A stretch of DNA of 55,760 nt, from positions 1 through 55,760 of the forward strand of contig JBNJHD010000004.1 in assembly GCA_051819805.1 (NCBI GenBank), given 5' to 3'. The position numbers and the translations under genes are program-made. Every line of letters begins with the position of its first letter. Within the stretch, counting starts at the first letter, position 1. This DNA is from Nanobdellota archaeon (GTDB lineage: Archaea > Nanobdellota > Nanobdellia > Woesearchaeales > SKGA01). Shown here one piece after another: positions 29,369 through 39,607 of this stretch. A model generated the notes under the pieces. It had not been told where the DNA came from. It ran no database searches and saw nothing but the letters and a program-made list of their open reading frames with translations.

Positions 29369-29938
29369 GTGGATATTTACATGATCATCATGCCGATAAT
29401 TATTCTCATAGCTAGAATTCTCGAGATGACATTAGGTACTATGCGTGTTGGTATGGTCGCTAAGGGTTTTAAGAATATAGCGCCGATGATAGGTTTCATA
29501 GAAATGATCATTTGGGCATTTGTCGCAAGAAAAATAATGGGCGATCTCGGTAATGCGGTGTGGATAATTGCATATGCGGCAGGTTTTGGTTTAGGCACAT
29601 ATATCGGCATGACACTTTCTGAAAAGATTTCTTTGGGTAAAGTCCTTATCAGAGCAATAACAAAAACTTCCCCTGCTGCTCTGCAAAAAGAGTTGAAAGA
29701 AAAAGGATTCGGTTCTACTGTTGTTGATTCTGCAGGTTCGAAAAGCAAGTCCACGATCATCTTCACGATCGTGCAATCGAAAAAAATCAAAGAAGTGGTC
29801 AACATCATCCTCAAGCATAATCCCAGAGCATTCTATACGATTGAAGAAGTTCGTCAAGTGAATGAAGGAACATTTCCTGAAAACCCTAATAAGTTCAAGT
29901 ACGCTCTTGGTATCTTTCCGTTCCGACGAGGACGATAA
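29369..29938 (+). CDS. UPF0316/DUF2179 family membrane protein
   Basis: ARI.EMTLGT.R, GFIE..IW, AYAAGFG.G.YIG, P.AFYTIEEVR; start uncertain (29330, 29369 or 29381). Confidence 0.85.
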   Translation: MDIYMIIMPIIILIARILEMTLGTMRVGMVAKGFKNIAPMIGFIEMIIWAFVARKIMGDLGNAVWIIAYAAGFGLGTYIGMTLSEKISLGKVLIRAITKTSPAALQKELKEKGFGSTVVDSAGSKSKSTIIFTIVQSKKIKEVVNIILKHNPRAFYTIEEVRQVNEGTFPENPNKFKYALGIFPFRRGR

Positions 29939-29943
29939 TTCCT

Positions 29944-30975
29944 TTATTGTTCGGGATGATTGATACGATAAACAAGTCGGTTAAGTAACTGCATCTGATC
30001 GACAGTCGGTCTGTATTGGTCAAATGAGGATCCAATCCAAGGTGTTGCTACCTGAAATGGGTAGAGTCTCATCCTAAGTGATGACTGATCGTCAAAGACG
30101 AAGATTGGTCGGTTATTTCTCCATGGTTTTTGGTTACCATCTCGCGAGTATCCACTCATCCACATATTTTGGGTAAGCCACACATTACCATAACCTTGTT
30201 GGATCGTAGTGAATAACGAGTCCGCATATATATCCCGTTCAACATCATCTATTACTCTCTGAGAGAGCGGTTTCTTGAATTCAATGATGAACTCATTATA
30301 ATTAGTCGCTACAGAACGCTCTTTATACCCACTGATCGTTTCAGGATTCTCTTCATACCTTCTCTTCCATAAATCATTACGAGTGTACAGCCGACTGACT
30401 GTCCGAGGCAAGTCTTCAGAATAAAGGCTTATCGTCCTATCACGTTCATGACCTTCAATCTTGACAAAATCGGTTGGAGCTATAGATTGACCATGTTCAT
30501 TGACTATAGGGAATTCATCAAGTGTCCCTGTCAGTTTCGCATAGAGAGGATAGATTTGTGCGAAATAATTAGCGAAGTTATACACTGCCCGCGATAGTTT
30601 TCCTGGCACAAGGATTGTGTGTTCATTCATACGGAGAATATCAACCATGTTCTCTTTAGTGAGATAGTCATTGATAGCAACCTCTCGATCGAGGGGTTTG
30701 CTGAACCTCGCCCCTTGTTCAAAGGTGTGAAGCAATTCTTGGTCGGGATCATCAGCAGGATCGTATCCCGTTTCATCTCTTGTCAACAGCGAATAGAATT
30801 CATCTGGTGGAATATCATATGTTTCAATCAGCCGGTTCATCAAACCTCTTGAAATATGATCTATAGTACCTTCTTTAAGTGCATCAAGATATTTTCTTGA
30901 TGTTTTCAGCGCAGAGATATTCCCATTTCGGGGAATATAGTTTTCCAATATTACTGAGAGTGATCGTAGAACCAT
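29944..30975 (-). CDS. Hypothetical protein
   Basis: 343-aa ORF, no recognisable motif. Confidence 0.7.
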   Translation of the reverse strand: MVLRSLSVILENYIPRNGNISALKTSRKYLDALKEGTIDHISRGLMNRLIETYDIPPDEFYSLLTRDETGYDPADDPDQELLHTFEQGARFSKPLDREVAINDYLTKENMVDILRMNEHTILVPGKLSRAVYNFANYFAQIYPLYAKLTGTLDEFPIVNEHGQSIAPTDFVKIEGHERDRTISLYSEDLPRTVSRLYTRNDLWKRRYEENPETISGYKERSVATNYNEFIIEFKKPLSQRVIDDVERDIYADSLFTTIQQGYGNVWLTQNMWMSGYSRDGNQKPWRNNRPIFVFDDQSSLRMRLYPFQVATPWIGSSFDQYRPTVDQMQLLNRLVYRINHPEQ

Positions 30976-31069
30976 ATTAAATTCTAATTAACAAAGATAT
31001 TTAATGATTTCCCTTGTTAGTAGTAGATGATCATGCCAAAGAGTTTATAAATAATAGTTTTTGAAGAAC

Positions 31070-32080
31070 ATGATGATGAAGCACACTCAGCAGTTCAACA
31101 AGAATCTGGCGACACTCCTTCTTATCGTAGTCCTGGGTTTTCTCGCGTATGCTGTCTGGCCGTATGCCAAAGGTCTTCTCGGTGCGTTCATCCTCTTCGT
31201 GCTTTTCAAGCCATTATACCTTCATCTTTCAAAGAAGAGATGGTGCTCGAAAGTACTGGCTGCAACTATTATTATTATCATCTCGTTCATGATCCTCATC
31301 ATCCCATTCTCATTCGCTATCAAATCGCTTGTCGATCAGGTCGGTAACACGCTTGATAGCAAGGAAGCTATCATAGAGGGAGCGAAAAACCTTGAAGAGA
31401 TATTTGCAGACGCCAACATCACAGGTGTTGTCAATGACGTGTTGAGCAAAGCAAGCAGTTTTATCAGCAATATGCTCCTCTCGGCAGTGAATAATATCAC
31501 GAGAATGATCATCACATGGATGATCATGTATTTTGTCCTGTATTACATGCTTATCAATCATCAGTTTTTGTCGGAAAAAATCAAGGAATTCGTCCCATTC
31601 AACAATAAGAATAGGGAGAAATTGTTTGATGAGTTCAAACGAGTGACCACATCCACAGTTATCTCCACTGGGCTTATCGCTCTTCTTCAAGGTGTTTTCT
31701 TAGGACTTGGTTTTGTAATTTTTGGTATTGAAGGTGCACTGTTCTGGGGATTTGTAGGGTTTATATTCTCACTTCTTCCTATCGTCGGTGTCCCTATGAT
31801 ATGGATTCCTACAAGCATATACCAGGTTTTTGTCGAGCAGAACATGCTTGCTGGTTTCGGTATTCTCATTTGGGGTTCAATCCTTGGATTCAGTGATTAT
31901 TTGACCCGTCCTTACTTGCAGAGAAAGTTCGGCGAGATCCACCCTCTCATCACGCTCGTCGGTGTCTTTATCGGTCTTCCTATCTTTGGTATTCTCGGTC
32001 TGATTCTCGGGCCACTGCTTCTCTCTTACGCTTCACTCATCACGAAGATGTACATGGAAGAGTATGTCGATTCTGACTAG
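31070..32080 (+). CDS. AI-2E family transporter
   Basis: Multi-TM; SLLPIVG..IWIP, DY..RP, IHPLITLVGV.IGL..FG..GLILGP. Confidence 0.9.
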   Translation: MMMKHTQQFNKNLATLLLIVVLGFLAYAVWPYAKGLLGAFILFVLFKPLYLHLSKKRWCSKVLAATIIIIISFMILIIPFSFAIKSLVDQVGNTLDSKEAIIEGAKNLEEIFADANITGVVNDVLSKASSFISNMLLSAVNNITRMIITWMIMYFVLYYMLINHQFLSEKIKEFVPFNNKNREKLFDEFKRVTTSTVISTGLIALLQGVFLGLGFVIFGIEGALFWGFVGFIFSLLPIVGVPMIWIPTSIYQVFVEQNMLAGFGILIWGSILGFSDYLTRPYLQRKFGEIHPLITLVGVFIGLPIFGILGLILGPLLLSYASLITKMYMEEYVDSD

Positions 32081-32162
32081 GATTCTTACGAGTCTTATTC
32101 TATGTTGAATGAAAATTATGAAGTAGAGATAAAGAAGAAGACAATTGAAAAGAAAAAAAGTA

Positions 32163-32762
32163 TTATTGATAGCCACAGTAGAAGATGCTCTCGACCTTCA
32201 CATCAGCAGGTGCTGTCTTGTTACGATCGATAGGCTTGTCTTCAGAAGCACTCTGTGAACTGGAGTTCTGCTGTGCAGTGTTATGAACACCGTTATCTGC
32301 TGCACCGTACCCAGGGGTCTGGGTGCTGGTATCTGGGGACTGCGTTCGGGGTTCGACATTCTGTTGTGCCTTGACTTGCGCTCTCTGATTGCTCTTGAGC
32401 GTTTCCATCTGCTGCTTTATGTCATTAAGTTCTTTGATTGCATCACTAAGTCCTTTTTCAAGAGCTGAAATCCGCTTGTCTGAATAATTCTTGAATCGTG
32501 AGAACATTCTCTGCTGGTCATCTAGTTGAATGCGTAGATAGTATTCTTGCGATTGTGAAGAAGACTCTTGTGAAGCCACTTGTTCACTACCACGAACTTC
32601 CGCATGGTCGAATCGTCCAGTCTGCGATTCAGGAACGATGTGCTGTGCACCGTTGTGCGTCACTACAGAAGTCGATTTTATCGCGTTGATCGAATCTTGT
32701 GTCAGACCACAGTTGACGAGGTCCCGTTCTGTTTGAAAATCAGCATACTGTGAAGGATCCAT
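32163..32762 (-). CDS. Hypothetical protein with coiled coil and disordered linker
   Basis: ATG 32762 follows a TTTATAAA box; C-terminal DVKVESIFYCG. Confidence 0.75.
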   Translation of the reverse strand: MDPSQYADFQTERDLVNCGLTQDSINAIKSTSVVTHNGAQHIVPESQTGRFDHAEVRGSEQVASQESSSQSQEYYLRIQLDDQQRMFSRFKNYSDKRISALEKGLSDAIKELNDIKQQMETLKSNQRAQVKAQQNVEPRTQSPDTSTQTPGYGAADNGVHNTAQQNSSSQSASEDKPIDRNKTAPADVKVESIFYCGYQ

Positions 32763-32835
32763 TGTACTACTATTTATAAATACATAATTTATAAACTTTT
32801 CGCTTCTTATGTATCTCAGTATACAATTTTCCACT

Positions 32836-33825
32836 TCATGTAAAGGGGTGTTTTTCAAGTGATATTTTGATCTCTGAAAGTGACTTCGCTTCATTGATTT
32901 CCCTGAGAAGCAGCTTTACATCGCTGATTCCTTTGAGCATCATCATGATATTGCGTTTGGCAGTCTTTGCGGGAAGCTCGTTTCTCATGGAAATATCGAT
33001 AAAATCCTTTATCGCATAGAGTTTTTCTTGAGCACAGTATGTCTTACCATCTTCTCTTGTTTCAAGCGAAGGATCATTTATCAGCGGTGCGAACTCCTGA
33101 GTCCGTGATGGAACTTCATTTTTTATATGTTCAAATACGAGTAGATTGTGAAGAGCCGCCCGTCCAATCATCAAAGTATGGCAACCAGTCTCGTTCATGA
33201 CCTTGCTAGCGGCAGCATAACTATCCACATCACCATTGACGATGAATTCAACATCAGGATGATGTGTAATAACTTCTTTAATCGGAGCGTAATCTGCAGG
33301 AAGATGATAGCCCTGTCCTAGCCGCCTTGCATGCACATAGATCTTCTTGATACCAGCTTCTTCAAGCACACTAGCGTAATCTTCCAACGTGTCCCTTTCG
33401 TTGTCCGGCCCAAGCCGCACCTTTACACTTGGTGTCACCCTGTGTAATCTACACGCATCAACAAGCGCACCAGCTATACGACTCATCGCTTCAATATCCT
33501 TGAGCAGCCCTCCGCAGGAGACTTCGCGGACCAGTGTCGATTGCGGACATCCCATGTTCATATTGATTTCAGGAACATCTGGGTGGCTCTTGGTAACGTA
33601 TTCGACCATTCGCGCGACTGCTTTTGCATCTCCGCTTCCTATCTGCACGATCGTTCTCGCCTCATCCCCTTTGATGATAGTGAGCTTGTTTCGCTTCTCC
33701 TGATTATCGAAGAGGTCTCGTTCGAGAATGAGTTCTGTAAATACATGATCAGCGCCATGTTTGAGAAGGAAATGCCTGAAGGCATGGTTGCCGAGCAGGT
33801 TGATAGGTGCGAAATAGAGTATCAT
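32836..33825 (-). CDS. dus: tRNA-dihydrouridine synthase family protein
   Basis: FAP, INMNMGCP, SVKVRLG, VHAR, NGDV, MIGRAA. Confidence 0.9.
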   Translation of the reverse strand: MILYFAPINLLGNHAFRHFLLKHGADHVFTELILERDLFDNQEKRNKLTIIKGDEARTIVQIGSGDAKAVARMVEYVTKSHPDVPEINMNMGCPQSTLVREVSCGGLLKDIEAMSRIAGALVDACRLHRVTPSVKVRLGPDNERDTLEDYASVLEEAGIKKIYVHARRLGQGYHLPADYAPIKEVITHHPDVEFIVNGDVDSYAAASKVMNETGCHTLMIGRAALHNLLVFEHIKNEVPSRTQEFAPLINDPSLETREDGKTYCAQEKLYAIKDFIDISMRNELPAKTAKRNIMMMLKGISDVKLLLREINEAKSLSEIKISLEKHPFT

Positions 33826-33830
33826 ACTAT

Positions 33831-34175
33831 TCAGAAGGTATTCTTATACTCATTAAGAAGTTTTTCATCTAAGGAATCACGAATATATCTACGATCTTCT
33901 GAAAACATGATAAAATCATCAACCTCGTTAAGGATAACATATGCCTCAACCCGATTCAAACGATTGAGAACAATATGATCATTCACGTTTTCAGCATTAT
34001 ATAATTCAGGACTTATGATTGGATCATTTGCACCTGCCATATTCATACTCTGTAAAGGAACGACATATTGTTCGCTAGTGAATCTCTTATGATAGATGAG
34101 AAAGGACATCTCTATAGCATCATAGATAGCCTTTGTTGAAGTATCTTCCAATAACAAATAGTTTTTGAGTGTCAC
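33831..34175 (-). CDS. Hypothetical protein
   Basis: 114-aa ORF immediately upstream of dus. Confidence 0.55.
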   Translation of the reverse strand: MTLKNYLLLEDTSTKAIYDAIEMSFLIYHKRFTSEQYVVPLQSMNMAGANDPIISPELYNAENVNDHIVLNRLNRVEAYVILNEVDDFIMFSEDRRYIRDSLDEKLLNEYKNTF

Positions 34176-34217
34176 TTCTTAAGAGGAGAACCAGTTCAAA
34201 TATAAAAAATCTCCGAA

Positions 34218-36737
34218 TCACTCATTCAGAATCTCAAGAACAAGTTCATAGACTTCAGGGTATTCTTCGGGCTTGACCAGTCTTGTATGCATCGTATCCT
34301 CAAAAAAGCTATCAGGACAAGAGCCATTGACAAGATAGTTCGTCGCGAAGTCCAGCGGCACGTTCTCAGCGAGTATTACTCCATCGCCATCCCTACCATC
34401 ATCCATTTCACAACCACTCCCTCTGATCGTATACACTTCAGTTCCTGAAATACCATCTTGCTGAGCTGCATTGAGTCGTCGTAGGAACAAACTACCTGTT
34501 CCCATATCCTCACATTCCTTTGATGCCCCTGTAACTGAACAGTATTTATTTACAGAACCTTCAATACCGTAATTCGGCGTTCCTATCATCACAAGCGTAT
34601 CCACATCCTCCGAGCCGAAAAGTCGCAAGTATTCTCTTGACACAAGCCCCCCCATTGAGTGGGAGATGATAATGACTTTATCACTACTGGATCTGTATTT
34701 GACGAGATCAACGAGTTCCTTGAGTCGCAGGGCGTAATTCTCTATCCTTTCAGTCTTTTGTGTGACGATAGCACTATCACCAATATCAAAATGAGACATG
34801 TAATAATAGCTCACCCTTACACTAATCGGAGTATCGACTCGTCCCCAATCATTTTCAGGTATAGTGAACAATTCTGATTCGTCAGCGATTTCTCCTGCAT
34901 TGATGTATCCTTCATCCTGGAGCGCATCCTGCATCTGCGAGAATGCTATCAATGAGAGTTCTGGACTGTTGTACTTGCTTAAAGCATGGCCGTGGACGAA
35001 TATAATAGGATGATTGTTCTCACAATTCCCGTTAGCATCACAGCAGGTCGTGCAATCATTTTTAAAGCAGCACCGTGGTTCGTTTTCAGGAACCATTTGA
35101 GGTAGAGAAGAAGAGACAGTGACATTTTCCACCATTACTGGTTTGTACGAATCGATAATAATCTCGTGTAAGAATCCATCATCATAAGTATAATTACTCG
35201 TGCAATAGTAGAGTTGATGTTCGGGAATGAGTCGTGATCCATCGAGCAGGCAGAGCCGTTCAAACTCCTTATCAGTGATTGTTGAATAGTTGAACACGCC
35301 ATAACCGTCAATTGTTATGTTCTCATAACTCTCATTGAGCTCGAAATTCTCAGTTGTTCCGTTGGTGACATCGAGATACAAATGATCCTGATAGTATGTA
35401 CAGACCTCTTCGGTTACGGTCGTATTATCGAGATATGGTCTTGTGGTGGTTTGATAATGCACTGCATCCAAGTTATGCTTTTCCATCGCTTTAACGAGTT
35501 CTTGTTGAGCACCGCAGACGTTTGATAGATTACTCGTGTCAAAAGTCAGTTCTTGTGCGAGCGTTGAATTGTATTCTTCGATAACATCAAGTGCGATAAT
35601 GTTTGTTGTGTTGATTCGTTTCAGGAAATGATTCTTTCTCTGCGTATGATTAGTGAGAAAATCTTCGACCTGCGATAAATGCGAAGAGAGATTATCAGAA
35701 AAATCTTCAAGCGTTCCTACTTTACCATCTAGCGGTGCTGTTGCCAGTCTCGTGACATTGCGTTTCAGCACGAGTCCGTTGTTATACATTGATGAATTGA
35801 GCGATTTCTTATAGAACGTCTGCACTTCGTTGAACAAGACATCCTTATCGTGTAAGTAATCTAGCAGCTTGATGCTCTGATTCCATTTTGAAGTGATATA
35901 ATAAAGGGTAGTTTTGAGATCATCAGCTTCTCGCGAGAGTGTTGCTGTCTGAGTTGCTAGTTCCATATTCTTCTGTGGACTGATATCAAGGTAGCGCTCA
36001 TGCTCCCAAAGTTCAAGTGTTGAGATGATGTTGTTCAAGAATTCAGCGTGAACACGTTCTACTTGATCGCTTGTGTTCTGCAGTTGTTCTAGTTCAGAAG
36101 GCGTTTCGTGTTCCAGTTGTTCAGAGATATCTATAGAGAGTATTCTCGCTTGTTCAAGGATTGTGAGAACGACACTTTCTTCATCAATGGCTTGTTGTAG
36201 AACCGGAAGAATAGATTTTTTCCATAGTTGTTCTTCTTCGCTAAGATTATAATTGACAATTACAAGGGATGTTTTCCGATATATCTTTTCTGAAGACCTG
36301 CATAAATCAGTTTTTTTACTCTGACAACTGACTTGGAATTGATAGATCTTCTGCCCACTACCATATTCTGGAGTGGGAAGATCATATGTGGATTTATGAT
36401 GTTGAGGATCAGTAGTGTTCCTTGTTTCAATCACTTGTCCAGTTGAGAGATCAATGAATTGGTGTCTACAGTAAGCTTTACACACTACAGGTGTATCGGC
36501 AGTATATGTGAATGTCACAGACGAGGTATCATCATTGACTATAGAGTATGAATTCTCAGAAGGATCCATATCAAGATTCATCTCTTCATTGAAGATGAAG
36601 TGGACTTTCAGTCCGAAAACTAAGTATATGGCCAGTAATAGCATAATTACCCCTACAATACAAAACAATATTTTCTTCACACGCTTCGCAGAGGAATTTT
36701 TCTTCTTGGTTTTTTTGGTCTTCGTGATAATACCCAC
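34218..36737 (-). CDS. Membrane-anchored protein with long stalk and C-terminal alpha/beta hydrolase (lipase/PGAP1-like)
   Basis: Basic N-terminus plus one TM; helical middle; CCxxxxCxxCC linker; IIFVHGH, ISHSMGG, IGTPNYG, DGVI, late His. Confidence 0.82.
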   Translation of the reverse strand: MGIITKTKKTKKKNSSAKRVKKILFCIVGVIMLLLAIYLVFGLKVHFIFNEEMNLDMDPSENSYSIVNDDTSSVTFTYTADTPVVCKAYCRHQFIDLSTGQVIETRNTTDPQHHKSTYDLPTPEYGSGQKIYQFQVSCQSKKTDLCRSSEKIYRKTSLVIVNYNLSEEEQLWKKSILPVLQQAIDEESVVLTILEQARILSIDISEQLEHETPSELEQLQNTSDQVERVHAEFLNNIISTLELWEHERYLDISPQKNMELATQTATLSREADDLKTTLYYITSKWNQSIKLLDYLHDKDVLFNEVQTFYKKSLNSSMYNNGLVLKRNVTRLATAPLDGKVGTLEDFSDNLSSHLSQVEDFLTNHTQRKNHFLKRINTTNIIALDVIEEYNSTLAQELTFDTSNLSNVCGAQQELVKAMEKHNLDAVHYQTTTRPYLDNTTVTEEVCTYYQDHLYLDVTNGTTENFELNESYENITIDGYGVFNYSTITDKEFERLCLLDGSRLIPEHQLYYCTSNYTYDDGFLHEIIIDSYKPVMVENVTVSSSLPQMVPENEPRCCFKNDCTTCCDANGNCENNHPIIFVHGHALSKYNSPELSLIAFSQMQDALQDEGYINAGEIADESELFTIPENDWGRVDTPISVRVSYYYMSHFDIGDSAIVTQKTERIENYALRLKELVDLVKYRSSSDKVIIISHSMGGLVSREYLRLFGSEDVDTLVMIGTPNYGIEGSVNKYCSVTGASKECEDMGTGSLFLRRLNAAQQDGISGTEVYTIRGSGCEMDDGRDGDGVILAENVPLDFATNYLVNGSCPDSFFEDTMHTRLVKPEEYPEVYELVLEILNE

Positions 36738-36805
36738 CTTGATAGTGTATGAGGAGAACGAGTTTATAAAGTTTAGTAGACGAAAATAAAAAATATCTTA
36801 TTGGA

Positions 36806-37039
36806 TCAGTCTAAGTATTCGATCCACCCTTCTGATTCGAAAGTCTCGCGTGCTTCTTTGGGGAGAAGTATGGCGTGACCATGAACCAAAAGCAAGCAAT
36901 ACTTATCATTGTCATACTCTGGAATGCCATCCTCAGCAACATTCTTGGTGATCACTTCTTTCTCGAGCGTGTCCATATAGTTGAAGAGGTTCTCCTCAGT
37001 GCCATCTATCGTATCGAATTCTCGTCCGTCGAGTTTCAT
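36806..37039 (-). CDS. Small acidic hypothetical protein
   Basis: 77-aa ORF with its own TATA-like box. Confidence 0.65.
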   Translation of the reverse strand: MKLDGREFDTIDGTEENLFNYMDTLEKEVITKNVAEDGIPEYDNDKYCLLLVHGHAILLPKEARETFESEGWIEYLD

Positions 37040-37090
37040 TGTGGAACTAAGATAATAAGGACTAGAATAAAAAACTGTTGGTCAAAGTAT

Positions 37091-39592
37091 TCAATCAATG
37101 ATCGGTTTGATAAGAGACTCTCTTCCATCTTGATATTCGACAGGATCAGGAATATTTTTCATTACAGCAACGTATCCTTGCTGATATAGTGCTGCAAGAA
37201 GACAGTAATCAGTACTGTTATTTTTGAAAGCACTATCATAAGTGCAACTATTTTCCAATCTACAATCAGGAAGTTCATCAGAATCACATTTATCAAAAAG
37301 AAGACCCGGCTCCCAAGCGGCAGGAAGAGGAATTTCTAGCATGAAAAATGTTATCGAATCATTGTTATAAACATCTTCTTCAGTAAGAGTGAAGTTAAAC
37401 GTATTCGCTCCTTGAAGCCATGTAGTGAAATTTTGTTCAGGATATGTGACATCGTCAGTTTCGTATTCCTCAATATGAATCAGGTCATTATATAAGAGAG
37501 TCAAATCAACAGTGTAGTTTCCCGGAACAAACTGCATAGTATGCGATTGCAATTTATCTAATTCTTCTTCGGAAGTATTCACCAAGTCTTGTTTAGCGTA
37601 GTCAATGCTTTCCTTAGCTAGATTCAGTTCATCATCGGATACTTTCCCTTCCAAGTACGATTGTTCAAGATGTCCATCTACATCTTCTCCAAGCGTGTTT
37701 AATGACTGGTTCATGTTTGCAAATGCTGAAGAATTCTGTCCGACAAACTGTGCAAAACCAACAACTGGAACAGGAGTCTCGTATGCAGAGGTAGGTTGTC
37801 GTTTAACTGAAAAGAATGCTGTTTGTGATGGGTTCAGAGCACTAGCAGCAGTTTGGTAATTCAACATGAAATTCTGTGGATCATTCTCCAATTGAGAAAC
37901 ATTATGCGGAGATCTTACTTTCAGATAAAGCTCTTTTTCTTCTAGGGGCCAAAGACTAACTTCGAATTCTTCATTAAGACCATCATCTCGGTTGTTATAC
38001 TGTATGGAAGTTCCCATATAACCGAATTTTTTGAACGTTATAAAACCACCGAACTGACAGTAAGGGAATCTGTCAGTCAATACTGCATCATTATTTTCGA
38101 AAGTAGTTGCGCCAATATCGTATTCATCACCACAAGTATAGCTTACCGAAACTCCTTCAAGAGGCTCCCCAGTTCTTTTGTCAAAAGACTTTATTGTTAT
38201 GTTCTGTTTTGGTCTAAGATCATAACTTCCGATATTACTTTGGAATTCAACAGGATAAGATGGTTGAGTGAAATTCCTGTATGCAATCTGATTATCACGT
38301 ATGTTCACTTCTAAAGCGAACTGAAAAGTATATCCGTTACCATTGAATGCTTCAGGATCCTCAATTTCTATAACTATAGGATAACTGACATCGTATGAGA
38401 ATCTATAATCTTTCATGACAAAACTAATAATATCCATGAATAGATTAAGCATATCCTGCACTCCACCTTCACCATCACCTTCAGGAACTAATTTTTTTCC
38501 TTGTATGAGTTGGTCACCATCATCGATCATCAGGTGGATTGGTGAAAAAGTATATTTGTGGAACACATTAAAAGAGTAACTTGTTTTTGAAGGTGCGAAT
38601 AAGAATCCTTTGTAGATTCCTTGAACGTAGGGATTATAAGAATCAGAATCATTTTTCTTATTGATAGTCATTGGATTATTCGAATTCGCGACAGACATGA
38701 GCATCATATAAGGAAGAACTTCATTTTCCATCAAGAGTTTGACATTCTCATGTATCCAAACAGGATTTTTTCTATCGACAATCATCAATTCAGAAGTAGG
38801 AGGTAACTGTTGATCAAGTCCAGAATACATATTGATGAGATCCAATGTTTTTCCTTCATAGATGTTGTGTTCTCGTTCATAAGCTACAATCTCATCAGCC
38901 AGTCTATACATATTTACGAGATCAACATCGAAACTCGCCCTGAATCGTTCGACTTCTTTTTTGTTTCCTTCTTGAGTGAGTGAACGAATCTCGATAGGAT
39001 AGTTAAGGACAAAGTCAGTTTTTCCATTGGCAAGAATCACATTGACTTCAGGTTCTCCATTCTCTTCGATTTCATACATCTCAAGAGAGGAGAAACCATC
39101 AATACAAGTACCTATATTATCAAGTACAAAAGATTCAAGGTTCTCTTCAACACTCGATGAAGACGTCCTTGAACGAGGCATATAATTACACGTTTTAGAG
39201 ATGGAATCACACAAACCCGGTTGTTCTGTCGCGTCGCAACCTGATGGGGAGGAACATTGATCATCGGTCAAGTGTCGCCAGTAAGGTACTGAGAACGGAG
39301 TATAATCAACTGCTTCTCCTTTGTGCGCAGGATAGCTTACCTCTAGAGGTTGCGTATATCCTCCTTGTTGTCCTACTTTGTATAGTGCTTCTTTAGCAGT
39401 TGAATCAAGGCATTGAGATACTAATTCGATAACAGGTCGTGCTTCAAGAGAGACATCCGGAACGTCAACTGCAGGTTTTTCACTTTGAATGTCCTGACTC
39501 AGGAAAATGAATAGTCCTACTCCTAGAAGCAGGATTGCTCCTATAATGACAAAAATTGTTATTTGACCTTTGTTGTGAAAATGTTGTTTCAT
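37091..39592 (-). CDS. Large protein with class III (type IV pilin-like) signal peptide
   Basis: NKG|QITIFVIIGAILLLGVGLFI, followed by V..CL...A..AL..VG.QGGY. Confidence 0.8.
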   Translation of the reverse strand: MKQHFHNKGQITIFVIIGAILLLGVGLFIFLSQDIQSEKPAVDVPDVSLEARPVIELVSQCLDSTAKEALYKVGQQGGYTQPLEVSYPAHKGEAVDYTPFSVPYWRHLTDDQCSSPSGCDATEQPGLCDSISKTCNYMPRSRTSSSSVEENLESFVLDNIGTCIDGFSSLEMYEIEENGEPEVNVILANGKTDFVLNYPIEIRSLTQEGNKKEVERFRASFDVDLVNMYRLADEIVAYEREHNIYEGKTLDLINMYSGLDQQLPPTSELMIVDRKNPVWIHENVKLLMENEVLPYMMLMSVANSNNPMTINKKNDSDSYNPYVQGIYKGFLFAPSKTSYSFNVFHKYTFSPIHLMIDDGDQLIQGKKLVPEGDGEGGVQDMLNLFMDIISFVMKDYRFSYDVSYPIVIEIEDPEAFNGNGYTFQFALEVNIRDNQIAYRNFTQPSYPVEFQSNIGSYDLRPKQNITIKSFDKRTGEPLEGVSVSYTCGDEYDIGATTFENNDAVLTDRFPYCQFGGFITFKKFGYMGTSIQYNNRDDGLNEEFEVSLWPLEEKELYLKVRSPHNVSQLENDPQNFMLNYQTAASALNPSQTAFFSVKRQPTSAYETPVPVVGFAQFVGQNSSAFANMNQSLNTLGEDVDGHLEQSYLEGKVSDDELNLAKESIDYAKQDLVNTSEEELDKLQSHTMQFVPGNYTVDLTLLYNDLIHIEEYETDDVTYPEQNFTTWLQGANTFNFTLTEEDVYNNDSITFFMLEIPLPAAWEPGLLFDKCDSDELPDCRLENSCTYDSAFKNNSTDYCLLAALYQQGYVAVMKNIPDPVEYQDGRESLIKPIID

Positions 39593-39607
39593 GCGAATCC
39601 TCTTTTT

